A DNA stretch of 57,744 bases from Nanobdellota archaeon (GTDB taxonomy: Archaea; Nanobdellota; Nanobdellia; Parvarchaeales; Parvarchaeaceae), in assembly GCA_021817165.1 (NCBI GenBank), contig JAKAVT010000005.1, positions 1 through 57,744 of the forward strand, in the 5' to 3' direction. A model generated the notes under the pieces. That model was not told where the DNA came from. It saw only the letters and a program-made list of their open reading frames with translations, and did not search any database. Both the position numbers and the translations under genes were made by a program. Position 1 is the stretch's first letter, and each line of letters starts with the position of its first letter. Positions 8,949 through 18,015 of the stretch are shown here, one piece after another.

Positions 8949-10644
8949 CCAATTCGTTTGCCGATATCTTTAATTTCAATAAATCATCGTCGTCCATAAG
9001 CGCTATCTTCATCATGTCCTTCGCTATCTGCGCTATGCAGTCATCTCTCTTTTTCCCAAGCATCCTTTCAACAAATACGCCCTTGTACCCATCCATGTAG
9101 TCGTTTAAAAGATACTGGCCGAATCCGCTGTAATCAGAAGTAAAGGAAATCGACATATAGGCTGCAGCTTCCAAAGGAGTATAGCCGAAAGGCTCGTATT
9201 TTGACAGGAAAAATCCTGCAGTTGAAAGCGCAAGCACTTCGTAATAAGTAAGGTTGAGCAGCTCATCTCCCACTGCAAGGTACTTTGGATAAAAGACGAC
9301 TTTTACGTGGTTTTCCGCCGAGTTTTCCAGTTTGTTTTCCCGTAGTTTGTTTATTATGGCATCGTTGTTTTCAGGATATGAAAGCATGAAAGGAGTTAGG
9401 GGAGGGTTTGTCGGTTTCGGTCTCCTCAACTGTTTCAACAGTCTTTTTGAATCGTTTATCATCTTGCTGTATGCTTTGTCAGCCATCCCTCCTTCAACTT
9501 CTATGGAAGAAGACATAGCCGAATCGAAGTTCTTCAGGTCTTCATCCAAAGCAGATTTTATGCTTATGTAAGTGAGGTAATTTGCCACGACGTCATTCCT
9601 TACCCCTATAGTACCGGATGGAACTGCTATAAGCGCTATAACATAGTTGTCGTCAGTCAGCATCTTGTCGAGCTTTCCCAGCGCGTCTATGAAAACGTCG
9701 TAGCCTTTGTCGTAGAATTCGTATCTTCCGCTTGTTATGAACACCCTGAGGTTGCTCGGATTGATGTCATAGTAAGGAAGGAAATAGGCATTTAGAAAAT
9801 TGTCAAGTTTCTTCTTTGCATTCACCCTCATGCTGTTTAATTCGTCCGTTTGCGGCAAATTATCGGTGTCTATTCCGTTTATCGTTACGAAATCCGGCTT
9901 CTTTCCCAGTATTATGTTGGCTTCTTTGGCCACTACTCTGCTTACAGCTGTGAATATCGTTGCATTGAATGCACCGGCTTTTTCAGTGAAATGCTTTGCT
10001 GCCACACCGTATTTGTACGGCATATCCGGGGTTATCCCCGTATTTGAAATGACATAAGTATTGGTGTTTCCGCCGGAATAAGATATTGCCCTTCCAAGCA
10101 CCGTAGCATGCACGGTGAACACCGTTGGAATCTTTACCTTTTTGTACTTCAAGTAAAGTATGGCGCCTGCCGAAAGCCATTCATGGACCTGCACGACGAT
10201 TTCCTGTTTAATAGATTTGCTCAATGCCTCTATCACCGCTCCTGCTGCATACGACCATGCAAGCGGCTCATTGTAATCTCCAGGAGAGTTCAGGGAGTCT
10301 ATCTTGAAATTATCCCAAAAATCCTTTTTGATTTCGTTTATGTGCCTGTTCTCGAACTCCTTCGCGTCTATCAGCAGGAGATTTACGTCATTGGCCGATG
10401 ACCACTTCCCAAAGTAAACCTTTACTCCATCGAGTTTTATGTCGCCGACTGCGTCTTTTATGTACTGCGGAGGGGGGCTTTCCATAAATTCTACCGCTGC
10501 CTGATTCGGATTGTAAAATCCTATAGCAAGGTAGTTATCCCCGAATTGTTTTTTAATGTACGACGACTTTGACGTTAAAACCGTCCATATCCCTCCAACC
10601 TTGTTGCCAGCCTCGAAAGAAACTTCTATCAGAAACCCGTCCAT
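8875..10644 (-). CDS. Glycogen synthase, GT3 family
   Basis: EVSFEAGNKVGGIWTV, HEWL, FTVHATVLGR, SGRYEFYDKGYDVFI and SKYEPFGYTPLEA motifs. Confidence 0.88.
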   Translation of the reverse strand: MDGFLIEVSFEAGNKVGGIWTVLTSKSSYIKKQFGDNYLAIGFYNPNQAAVEFMESPPPQYIKDAVGDIKLDGVKVYFGKWSSANDVNLLLIDAKEFENRHINEIKKDFWDNFKIDSLNSPGDYNEPLAWSYAAGAVIEALSKSIKQEIVVQVHEWLSAGAILYLKYKKVKIPTVFTVHATVLGRAISYSGGNTNTYVISNTGITPDMPYKYGVAAKHFTEKAGAFNATIFTAVSRVVAKEANIILGKKPDFVTINGIDTDNLPQTDELNSMRVNAKKKLDNFLNAYFLPYYDINPSNLRVFITSGRYEFYDKGYDVFIDALGKLDKMLTDDNYVIALIAVPSGTIGVRNDVVANYLTYISIKSALDEDLKNFDSAMSSSIEVEGGMADKAYSKMINDSKRLLKQLRRPKPTNPPLTPFMLSYPENNDAIINKLRENKLENSAENHVKVVFYPKYLAVGDELLNLTYYEVLALSTAGFFLSKYEPFGYTPLEAAAYMSISFTSDYSGFGQYLLNDYMDGYKGVFVERMLGKKRDDCIAQIAKDMMKIALMDDDDLLKLKISANELANQFGWEKFLPVYLQAYDAALKRL

Positions 10645-10721
10645 TAGTTTACTAGTTATTCGTTGAATAAAAAACTATCTTAACAGAAAGCTTTATTTAT
10701 ATCGCATGACATATAATCAAA

Positions 10722-11642
10722 ATGGTTGAAAAATTGATAATAATAGGTTCCGGACCGGCAGGCTATACTGCAGCTGTATACGCAGTAAGGGATGATTTGA
10801 ATCCCTTGTTAATAAGAGGCTTTGAAGTAGGCGGTCAGTTAATGCTTACTTCCGCTGTGGAAAACTTTCCAGGCTTTAAGTCCATTCTTGGCCCTGATCT
10901 TATGGACAAGATGGCCGAGCAGGTTAAGGCACTTAACTGCAGAGTTATAGATGACAACGTTTCGAAGGTTGATTTGAATGTTTATCCATACAAGGTTTAT
11001 GTAGGTGACAAGGCATATGAAAGCTATTCTATAATAATATCCACTGGTGCTTCGGCAAGATGGCTTGGCTTGGAAAACGAGAAAAGGCTGATAGGAAAAG
11101 GAGTTTCAGGCTGTGCTGTCTGCGATGGAGCATTCTTCAAGAACAAAAAAGTCGTGGTAGTTGGCGGAGGGGACAGTGCAATGGAAGACGCAGGCTATCT
11201 TTCTACCCTTGCAAGTTCAGTTACTTTGATACACAGAAAACACGAATTCAGAGCCAGCAAGATAATGCAGGACAGGGTCTTTTCAAACAAGAAAATAAGC
11301 ATAGTCTGGGACAGCGAAGTCGTTGACGTGCTTGGGAAAGAGCACGTAGAGGGAGTTAAGATAAAAAACGTGAAGACTAATGAAGAGACTGAACTAAAGA
11401 CGGATGGGCTTTTCCTTGCAATAGGCCATAACCCCAATACGGAGATGTTCAAAGGTTACTTAGACATGGATGAGAATGGATACATAAAAACAAAAGAATT
11501 CACAAAAACAAGCAAAGATGGCATATTCGCAGCCGGTGACGTCCAGGATAAGCGTTACAAACAGGCCGTTATCGCGGCTGGATGGGGAAGCATGTGCGCA
11601 ATAGACGCAAGGAAGTTTTTGGAAGAAAAAGGCTTAAACTGA
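10722..11642 (+). CDS. trxB: Thioredoxin reductase
   Basis: GSGPAGYTAA, CAVC redox motif, GGGDSAME, AAGDV. Confidence 0.95.
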   Translation: MVEKLIIIGSGPAGYTAAVYAVRDDLNPLLIRGFEVGGQLMLTSAVENFPGFKSILGPDLMDKMAEQVKALNCRVIDDNVSKVDLNVYPYKVYVGDKAYESYSIIISTGASARWLGLENEKRLIGKGVSGCAVCDGAFFKNKKVVVVGGGDSAMEDAGYLSTLASSVTLIHRKHEFRASKIMQDRVFSNKKISIVWDSEVVDVLGKEHVEGVKIKNVKTNEETELKTDGLFLAIGHNPNTEMFKGYLDMDENGYIKTKEFTKTSKDGIFAAGDVQDKRYKQAVIAAGWGSMCAIDARKFLEEKGLN

Positions 11643-12605
11643 TTCCGCTTTTTCCTTGAATTTTTTTACGTAATCCTCCGGTACCACTGTGTTTACAAAC
11701 ACGTTCTGGCCAAGTTCTACTCCAGCAAGATTAGCAATTCGTGGGTATATTTCTATGTGCATGTGATAATCAGGTTCCCTTTTGTTTTCGTGTATAACGA
11801 AATTATATGCCTGTTCCCCGAACAGCTTTGCATTTGTCAGTATTATCTTTTTGAGCCCATTTGTAATGTCCTCTTTTTCTTCCTGGCTTAAATCCATTAT
11901 GTAATTCACGTGTCTTTTCGTCAAAAGCATGGATTCACCTGCAAACCTGGAGCCGTACGGCGCTATGGCTGCTACCTTTTCGGTTTCGAACAGTATTCTA
12001 CTTTCCTCCTTTTTTACTGCTTCTTCGTAAATGCAGGAATTGTTCTCTTTTAGGTACTTCTTTGCTATTTCTATTTCTATTGCAGGTGTACCAAGTATTT
12101 CAGGCCAAGCTATTATCTGCGTATGAGGGTGGCCTATGCTTGCTCCTCCGGAAGCCCCGTAATTTTTAAAGACCATCACATGCTTTATGTAATTCCTTGA
12201 ATACAGTGCTTCTTCCCTTTCAATAAGCGTGTTAAGCCATTCCAGGGATTTTTTCGTGCCCATGTTCTCGAATTTATCGGAATGTTTAGGGCTTTCTATC
12301 AAAACCTCATTGTATCCATATCCGGATATTGAAGAAAGAAAGCCGTTTTCGTATTCTAAAGGGGTGTGGCCGTCCAATTCTGGAAACTTGTTTCTTATTA
12401 CCATCGTTGTCCATGGCTCATTTACGTGCATTATCTCCAAGTTAACCCTGTCTACGGTATTCGGTTCGAATGGACATTCCTTGAGATTCACAGCCCCTTC
12501 GTCTTCCGTTTCAAGTTCTTTTGGACGCCGGTCCCTTCCAGGCACTATGACCGCATAATATCCGGTTCTATAGTCTTTTCTGATTTCACTGTATTGGCTG
12601 TCCAT
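11634..12605 (-). CDS. galT: GalT-family sugar-phosphate nucleotidyltransferase
   Basis: R..RP, CPF, NKFP and GASIGHPHTQ (HxHxQ) motifs. Confidence 0.85.
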   Translation of the reverse strand: MDSQYSEIRKDYRTGYYAVIVPGRDRRPKELETEDEGAVNLKECPFEPNTVDRVNLEIMHVNEPWTTMVIRNKFPELDGHTPLEYENGFLSSISGYGYNEVLIESPKHSDKFENMGTKKSLEWLNTLIEREEALYSRNYIKHVMVFKNYGASGGASIGHPHTQIIAWPEILGTPAIEIEIAKKYLKENNSCIYEEAVKKEESRILFETEKVAAIAPYGSRFAGESMLLTKRHVNYIMDLSQEEKEDITNGLKKIILTNAKLFGEQAYNFVIHENKREPDYHMHIEIYPRIANLAGVELGQNVFVNTVVPEDYVKKFKEKAESV

Positions 12606-12736
12606 TCATTATTAAAGAGATTTTTTAATTTAAAGTTTTAATGGTTTTTCTGCTGCATTAAAACGTTTCGCATGGAATAATCTCCGATAAGGGTAAAAGA
12701 AGCAGCATTGCAAAACCCGTTAAAATAGTGGAAAAC

Positions 12737-12815
12737 TTTAAATATAACACTAATCTCTATTAGAGATATCAATGCAAGTTTGCATTGCATATATCTAAAG
12801 TTATCAGAAGGAGGT
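12737..12815 (+). promoter_or_regulatory. Thermosome promoter: TATA, two palindromes and Shine-Dalgarno
   Basis: TTTAAATA 12737-12744; ATCTCTA-T-TAGAGAT 12753-12767; CAATGCAA-GT-TTGCATTG 12770-12787; GGAGGT 12810-12815. Confidence 0.6.
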
Positions 12816-12820
12816 ATAAT

Positions 12821-14461
12821 ATGGCAGAAGGAATTCAACCAATTTTCATCTTACCAGAAGGGTACAACAGGACGAGCGGGAAGGACGCCCAGAGAAACAA
12901 TATCGCAGCAGCTAAAGCAGTAGCGAACGCTGTCAAATCCACTTTAGGGCCTAGGGGAATGGACAAGATGCTTGTCGATAACATAGGAGACATAACCATA
13001 ACAAACGACGGCGTAACCGTTTTAAAGAACATGGAGATAGAGAATCCTGCGGCAAAGATGATAGTAGAAGTCGCAAAGACGCAGGAAGAAGAAGTGGGAG
13101 ACGGAACCACTACGGCAGTGATAATAGCCGGGGAATTGCTGAAGAATGCGGAAACGCTGTTGGACCAGAGTATACATCCTACTTTAATAGCAAGGGGATA
13201 CAGGCTTGCAGCAAACAAGGCGCAGGAGATACTGGACAAGATAAAACTTCACCTTGACATAGCGAATAAAGAGGATCTTGGAAGAATAGTCAAAACTGCC
13301 ATAGTGGGTAAAAGCACAGGCGCGGATGCTCACATAGTATCGTTGATAGTCGATGCGGTTCAGCACGTTAAATCGATGTCGGGCAAAAACGACACGCTGG
13401 ATCTGGATGACATAAAGGTAGAGAAGAAGGTGGGCGGCGGTCTGCTTGATTCAAGGCTGATAAAAGGGGTTATTATAGACAAGGAAAAGGTCCATCCCGA
13501 CATGCCGGATGAGGTTAAAAACGCAAAAGTGGCGCTTCTGAACCTTGCATTGGAGATAGAGAAGACAAACATAGATGCGCAGATAAGGATAGAAAAGCCG
13601 GAACAATTGCAGGCGTTTCTTGATGAAGAGGAAAACATGCTAAGAGAGATGGTCGAGAAGATTAAGGCATCCGGAGCAAACGTAGCGATAGTTCAGAAAG
13701 GCATAGATGATACGGCACAGCATTTCCTATCGAAAGCAGGGATACTAGCGTTTCGCAGGGTATCAGAAAACGACATGAAAAAGATCGGGAAAGCTACCGG
13801 CGCAAAGGTGGTTGCAACGCTTGACGAATTGGGCAAGGAAAGCCTGGGAGAAGCCGGCGTTGTGCATGTTGAAAAGCTAGCAGGAGAGACGCTGGCATTG
13901 ATAGAGGAATGCAAGAATCCGAAGGCGGTCACCATACTTGTAAGGGGAGGAACGGAGCACGTCGTAGACGAGATACAAAGGGCGATAGATGACAGTCTTG
14001 GAGACCTTAAATCAGTCATAGAGGATGGAGGCTCCATAGTAGCGGGCGGAGGAGCAGCCGAGCTTGAGGTTTCGAAGAACCTAAGGGACTTCGCCACCGG
14101 CTTGGAGGGCAGGGAGCAGCTTGCCGTGAACTCGTTTGCCGATGCATTGGAAGTAGTTCCGAAGACTTTGTCGGAGAATGCGGGACTGGATCCAATAGAC
14201 ATACTTGTAGAATTAAGGGCGGAACACCAGAAGGGAAAAACGTGGGCTGGCGTGAACCTTCTCGATGTATATAAACCGCAGGTGTCTGATATGTATAAAG
14301 AAGGAGTAATCGAGCCTTTGAGGACAAAAAAACAGGCGATAAAAAGCGCAAGTGAAGTCGCCGTTATGATCCTTAGGATAGACGATATAATAGCAGCTGG
14401 CAAGTCTGCAAATCAGCAGCCGCAGATGCCGCCAGGTGGAATGGGAGGTTATGGAGATTGA
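12821..14461 (+). CDS. ths: Thermosome (group II chaperonin) subunit
   Basis: [21 protein letters not shown] and a GGM-type tail; SD GGAGGT supports ATG 12821. Confidence 0.96.
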   Translation: MAEGIQPIFILPEGYNRTSGKDAQRNNIAAAKAVANAVKSTLGPRGMDKMLVDNIGDITITNDGVTVLKNMEIENPAAKMIVEVAKTQEEEVGDGTTTAVIIAGELLKNAETLLDQSIHPTLIARGYRLAANKAQEILDKIKLHLDIANKEDLGRIVKTAIVGKSTGADAHIVSLIVDAVQHVKSMSGKNDTLDLDDIKVEKKVGGGLLDSRLIKGVIIDKEKVHPDMPDEVKNAKVALLNLALEIEKTNIDAQIRIEKPEQLQAFLDEEENMLREMVEKIKASGANVAIVQKGIDDTAQHFLSKAGILAFRRVSENDMKKIGKATGAKVVATLDELGKESLGEAGVVHVEKLAGETLALIEECKNPKAVTILVRGGTEHVVDEIQRAIDDSLGDLKSVIEDGGSIVAGGGAAELEVSKNLRDFATGLEGREQLAVNSFADALEVVPKTLSENAGLDPIDILVELRAEHQKGKTWAGVNLLDVYKPQVSDMYKEGVIEPLRTKKQAIKSASEVAVMILRIDDIIAAGKSANQQPQMPPGGMGGYGD

Positions 14462-14463
14462 TT

Positions 14464-14700
14464 ATGTCAGAAAATGTTTTGAGTAGGCCTTTGGATATGT
14501 TGAATTCAGCAAAGGGTAAAATGGTTTTAGTGGAGCTTAAGAATGGACACGCGATAACCGGTAAGCTGGTGGCGTTCGACGTTCACATAAACGTTACGTT
14601 GGAAAACGCAGAGGAAAAGAAAGACGCAGACACTCTGAGAAAGCTTGGAAACGTATTTATAAGGGGTGACACGATAATCCTTATCTCTCCGACTATATGA
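14464..14700 (+). CDS. Sm-like (Lsm/SmAP) RNA-binding protein
   Basis: RPLDML, GKLVAFDVHINVTL, FIRGDTI; canonical position upstream of rpl37e. Confidence 0.93.
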   Translation: MSENVLSRPLDMLNSAKGKMVLVELKNGHAITGKLVAFDVHINVTLENAEEKKDADTLRKLGNVFIRGDTIILISPTI

Positions 14701-14879
14701 GCACAGCATCGATGGGTCTGCACAACAGAAAACAGCCGCACGTAATGTGCAGAAGGTGCGGCAAGGAGTCTTATCTAAAGAGAAAGCATTACTGTTCACA
14801 CTGCGGTTACGGCAGAAGTTCAAAATTAAAGGCCTACGCCTGGAACAATAAAACTGTAAACGGGAAAAGGAAAGACTGA
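14697..14879 (+). CDS. rpl37e: 50S ribosomal protein L37e
   Basis: HVMCRRCG...CSHCGYG zinc finger; Sm-L37e operon. Confidence 0.92.
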   Translation: MSTASMGLHNRKQPHVMCRRCGKESYLKRKHYCSHCGYGRSSKLKAYAWNNKTVNGKRKD

Positions 14880-14883
14880 TTAA

Positions 14884-15600
14884 ATGTCAGAGAAGATTAA
14901 AGCAAAGGCATTGATATTTGATTTTGATAATACCTTAGTAGATACTCACTCCACCATAAGCGGTGCATATTCAAGGATTGTTGGATTGCTTTCTTCAAGT
15001 TTAGGGATGGACAGCAGCTATTTAATGCAGCAGCTTTTGAATGCACAGAAAGAAGTAATCGATGACATTCCATTGGTTTCCAGACAGTATGACAGGAAAG
15101 CAGTTATAAAGAAACTGAATGAAAACCTGTCACTCAACATGAATGAAAAGCAGATAGATGAACTTGCGCAGGTATTCTATGATTTCATACTGGAAAAAAT
15201 AGATTATTCGAACGACACTGAAGAAGTTCTGAAGGCCTTAAAATCAAAGGGCAAAAAGCTAGGGCTTTTGACAGACACTGACGTAAGACCGGGTTTGAAG
15301 AAAAAAAGACTTGACAGCTTAGGCTTTACGAAGCTCTTTGACGAAGTTTTAATAGCGGGAGAAGATATCCCACAGAGAAAGAACAGCCCCATACCTTTTA
15401 TTGAGCTTGCCAGGCTCTTGAACGTAGAGCCGGAAAGCATACTGGTAGTAGGAGATAGAATGGATGCGGATATAGACAATGCAAAAGAAGCAGGCATGAA
15501 GGCAGTTCTTATAGACAAGTATCTGCCTCCGAATACGGGCGTTCATAAACCGGATGCGGTTATACACGAGCTTAACCAGCTTTTAGAGATAGTGGATTAA
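14884..15600 (+). CDS. HAD-family hydrolase (paralogue of 4401-5138)
   Basis: FDFDNTLVDT; VVGDRMDADI. Confidence 0.85.
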   Translation: MSEKIKAKALIFDFDNTLVDTHSTISGAYSRIVGLLSSSLGMDSSYLMQQLLNAQKEVIDDIPLVSRQYDRKAVIKKLNENLSLNMNEKQIDELAQVFYDFILEKIDYSNDTEEVLKALKSKGKKLGLLTDTDVRPGLKKKRLDSLGFTKLFDEVLIAGEDIPQRKNSPIPFIELARLLNVEPESILVVGDRMDADIDNAKEAGMKAVLIDKYLPPNTGVHKPDAVIHELNQLLEIVD

Positions 15601-15633
15601 TCATTATTAATATTTAAATGGCATTAAGATTAA

Positions 15634-16779
15634 ATGGAAAAGCTTAATGTAACGCCCTGGGAAGTAAACGGGGAGTTAAACGATAATGCTTACTCTAAAT
15701 TGGTGGAAAGATTCGGCGTTGATTTAATAAGCGATAATCTTTTGAACAGAATAAAAAAGATTGCAAACGGAAAGTTGCACCCTCTTCTTAGCAGAAGTGT
15801 TTTCTTTGCTCACAGGGAGCTTAATCTGGTTTTGGATGACTATGAGAATGGCAGGCCTTTTTACCTTTATACCGGCAGAGGACCTTCTGGGAAGATGCAC
15901 ATCGGTCATTTATTGCCATTTACGTTTACGCTTTGGCTGCAAAAAAATTTCAACGTTGATTTGTTGATACAGTTGACAGATGATGAGAAGTTTTTGGTAG
16001 GCAGCAAGGAAAAAAGCGAGATAGAGAGATTTACAAATGATAACATACTCGATATAATAAGTTTAGGTTTTGATCCGAAGAAGACGCACATAATAGCGGA
16101 TTACAAGAGCGCTAAAACTCTATATTACTATGCAACGGATGTGGCAAAGCACGTTACGGTATCAACTATAAAGGCGGTTTTTGGAGTTAATGACAGTGAT
16201 AATATAGGAAAGCTCTTCTTTCCGTCAATGCAAATAACTCCTGCATTTCTTCTTTCAGCTTTAAGTGGCAAGAAGATGAGGTGTCTTATACCATATGCCA
16301 TAGACCAGGACCCGTATTTCAGGGTTGCAAGAGACGTGCTTCCTAAATTGGGATATTACAAGCCGTCTGCAATAATCTCAAAGTTCCTGCCGGCTCTTCA
16401 GGGCAATTCCGCAAAAATGTCATCCTCCAAAGAGGAAAGCGCCATATTTTTGGATGACAGCAGGGAGCAGGTAAGAAAGAAGTTAATGAAATATGCGTTT
16501 TCAGGCGGAAAAGATACAGTGGAAGAACAGAGAAAGTACGGTGCAAATCCGAATATTGACTTTGCGTTTCTTGAATACAGCTTTTTAGAGGAGGACCAGA
16601 GAAAAGTCGATAAGGTATACCAAGATTACAAATCAGGTAAGATACTAAGCGGTGAAATGAAAGAAATGGCCGCTGAAAAGATATCGGATTTTCTTGAGAA
16701 ATTAAGGGAAAGAAGGGAAAGCATGAAAGACAGGGTAAACGAATATCTTTTTGATCCGGAGAAGCTGGATTTAGCCTAA
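15634..16779 (+). CDS. trpS: Tryptophanyl-tRNA synthetase (archaeal/eukaryotic type)
   Basis: YTGRGPSGKMHIGH, AIDQDPYFR, KMSSS. Confidence 0.96.
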   Translation: MEKLNVTPWEVNGELNDNAYSKLVERFGVDLISDNLLNRIKKIANGKLHPLLSRSVFFAHRELNLVLDDYENGRPFYLYTGRGPSGKMHIGHLLPFTFTLWLQKNFNVDLLIQLTDDEKFLVGSKEKSEIERFTNDNILDIISLGFDPKKTHIIADYKSAKTLYYYATDVAKHVTVSTIKAVFGVNDSDNIGKLFFPSMQITPAFLLSALSGKKMRCLIPYAIDQDPYFRVARDVLPKLGYYKPSAIISKFLPALQGNSAKMSSSKEESAIFLDDSREQVRKKLMKYAFSGGKDTVEEQRKYGANPNIDFAFLEYSFLEEDQRKVDKVYQDYKSGKILSGEMKEMAAEKISDFLEKLRERRESMKDRVNEYLFDPEKLDLA

Positions 16780-16938
16780 GATTATTTAATATTTTATAAT
16801 TCAGCGTACGTCTTGCTTTTTATGGTTTATATGCTCTTTAACGGCATTTTCTTACGTTAAAGGCTTATTCGGTGGAGGGCTTTGTGTAATAAGTCAAAAT
16901 TTGTTTAATAAGTCTGAAAGCTGTTTTAAAAGTTTTAT

Positions 16939-17088
16939 ATGGTAAAAAAACCTAAAACCGTTATGCCTCAATACATAACAGCTTTTGATCCGACAATTAA
17001 ACGACGTGTCCTTTTTATCGTGAGAAATGGCTGGGCAATTTCGGTAATTACTGGCTATAGATTTCCTTATAAACCGAGGCGTAGATAA
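16939..17088 (+). CDS. Small basic 49-aa protein (not in ORF track), putative partner/antitoxin
   Basis: MVKKPKTVMPQYITAFDPTIKRRVLFIVRNGWAISVITGYRFPYKPRRR*; its stop overlaps the next ATG (TAATG). Confidence 0.6.
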   Translation: MVKKPKTVMPQYITAFDPTIKRRVLFIVRNGWAISVITGYRFPYKPRRR

Positions 17089-17534
17089 TGTTTCTTAATC
17101 CAAGGGCTGTTGAATCTGCTCCAGAAACTATCATCCCAAAAATAGAAAAAGAGAAAAGTTCTATTGCTGCTTTATTCTTAGAATCCAGTGCTATAGAGAG
17201 TTATTTAAGTAGTTTTATATCGCTTACTGGTAAGAAAATGTCCAAAGGGACGCACACGCCTCACAATGGAGTTGAAGAATCCATTAAAAAAATGGGTTTT
17301 AATCAGCTGCTTAGTATAACAAATGACTTAGGGGTTATTAATGATAATCTATATAAAAAATTAAATAATTTTGCTGAGCGGAGAAACCAAATTGCGCATA
17401 ATTTAATTGGTATAGATCTAGACGCAATTGAAAATACAAATGAGATAAAGTCGCTTGTCTCTATCGGTTTAGAGTTATGCAAGAGCCTTTCAAAATTACA
17501 TACTGAAATGCTTTACTCTTTAACGGAAAAATAA
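17088..17534 (+). CDS. HEPN-motif protein, putative RNase toxin
   Basis: Helical 148-aa protein with RNQIAH (R-x4-H) and an upstream AIESYL (E) segment. Confidence 0.65.
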   Translation: MFLNPRAVESAPETIIPKIEKEKSSIAALFLESSAIESYLSSFISLTGKKMSKGTHTPHNGVEESIKKMGFNQLLSITNDLGVINDNLYKKLNNFAERRNQIAHNLIGIDLDAIENTNEIKSLVSIGLELCKSLSKLHTEMLYSLTEK

Positions 17535-17661
17535 AGAAATTCCTAAAAATGGTACCTCCTGGCCTGTAAATAAATACTTCTAAATTTCCTTTTTTGTAAA
17601 TAGTGCTCTTTTTGCCTAATGGCAGTTTCTTTACTATCTCAAAGACCTTTGATTTGTCCAT
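17461..17661 (-). pseudogene. Probable truncated passenger gene inside the cassette
   Basis: Protein-like N-terminus MDKSKVFEIVKKLPLGKKSTIYKKGNLEVFIYRPGG, then runs 74 nt into the antisense of the HEPN gene. Confidence 0.35.
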
Positions 17662-17749
17662 ATTAGAACAAAGCAATACTTGTTTAAAAAGTCAAGGATT
17701 TGTTTAAAAAGTAAGACTATTTACACAAAGCTTCGGTGGAGCAAAAGTA

Positions 17750-17786
17750 TTTATATTGGTAATTATATATAATTATTAGTAATTAT
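17750..17786 (+). promoter_or_regulatory. TATA box plus putative RHH operator
   Basis: TTTATAT 17750-17756; TAATTAT at 17760, 17770 and 17780 (10-bp period); perfect palindrome TAATTATATATAATTA 17760-17775. Confidence 0.5.
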
Positions 17787-18006
17787 GGAAGAACAAAAAT
17801 TCACAACGGTTTCAATTCCTAAGCCTTTGGCTGATAAAGCCAAAAAGCTCATAGAGAAAACCGGCTTTACGTCGCTTTCGAGTTTTGTGGAATATCTCTT
17901 GAGGGAGATAGTTTCGGAAAGCAATGAAGACAAAAAAGGACGGGAAGGAAAGGATCAGCAGGTGCTTGATCTTGAAGACAAGCTCAGAAAACTGGGCTAT
18001 ATGTAG
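17785..18006 (+). CDS. CopG/ribbon-helix-helix transcriptional regulator
   Basis: TTVSIPKPLAD...TGFTSLSSFVEYLLRE RHH pattern. Confidence 0.85.
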   Translation: MEEQKFTTVSIPKPLADKAKKLIEKTGFTSLSSFVEYLLREIVSESNEDKKGREGKDQQVLDLEDKLRKLGYM

Positions 18007-18015
18007 GAGGTAAAC

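Larger units (their letters stand above)
16878..17732. mobile_element. Non-autonomous IS-derived mobile cassette (855 bp) with passenger genes
   Basis: TIRs GGCTTTGTGTAATAAGTC (16878-16895) vs revcomp AGCTTTGTGTAAATAGTC (17715-17732), 15/18 identical. Flanking 9-bp direct repeat TCGGTGGAG (16869-16877, 17733-17741). No transposase ORF inside. Confidence 0.8.

Noticed and set aside
12785-12820. Extended ORF-track starts (12785, 3020, 18750, 30171, 48212, 57556)
   Set aside because: They overlap neighbouring genes or promoters; downstream ATGs fit SD/TATA spacing and family N-termini better
12835-14403. Long antisense ORFs opposite the thermosome (similarly opposite lysS, serS, RNase J and the coiled-coil gene)
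   Set aside because: Ser/Phe/Ile-rich shadows produced by codon bias of the real genes
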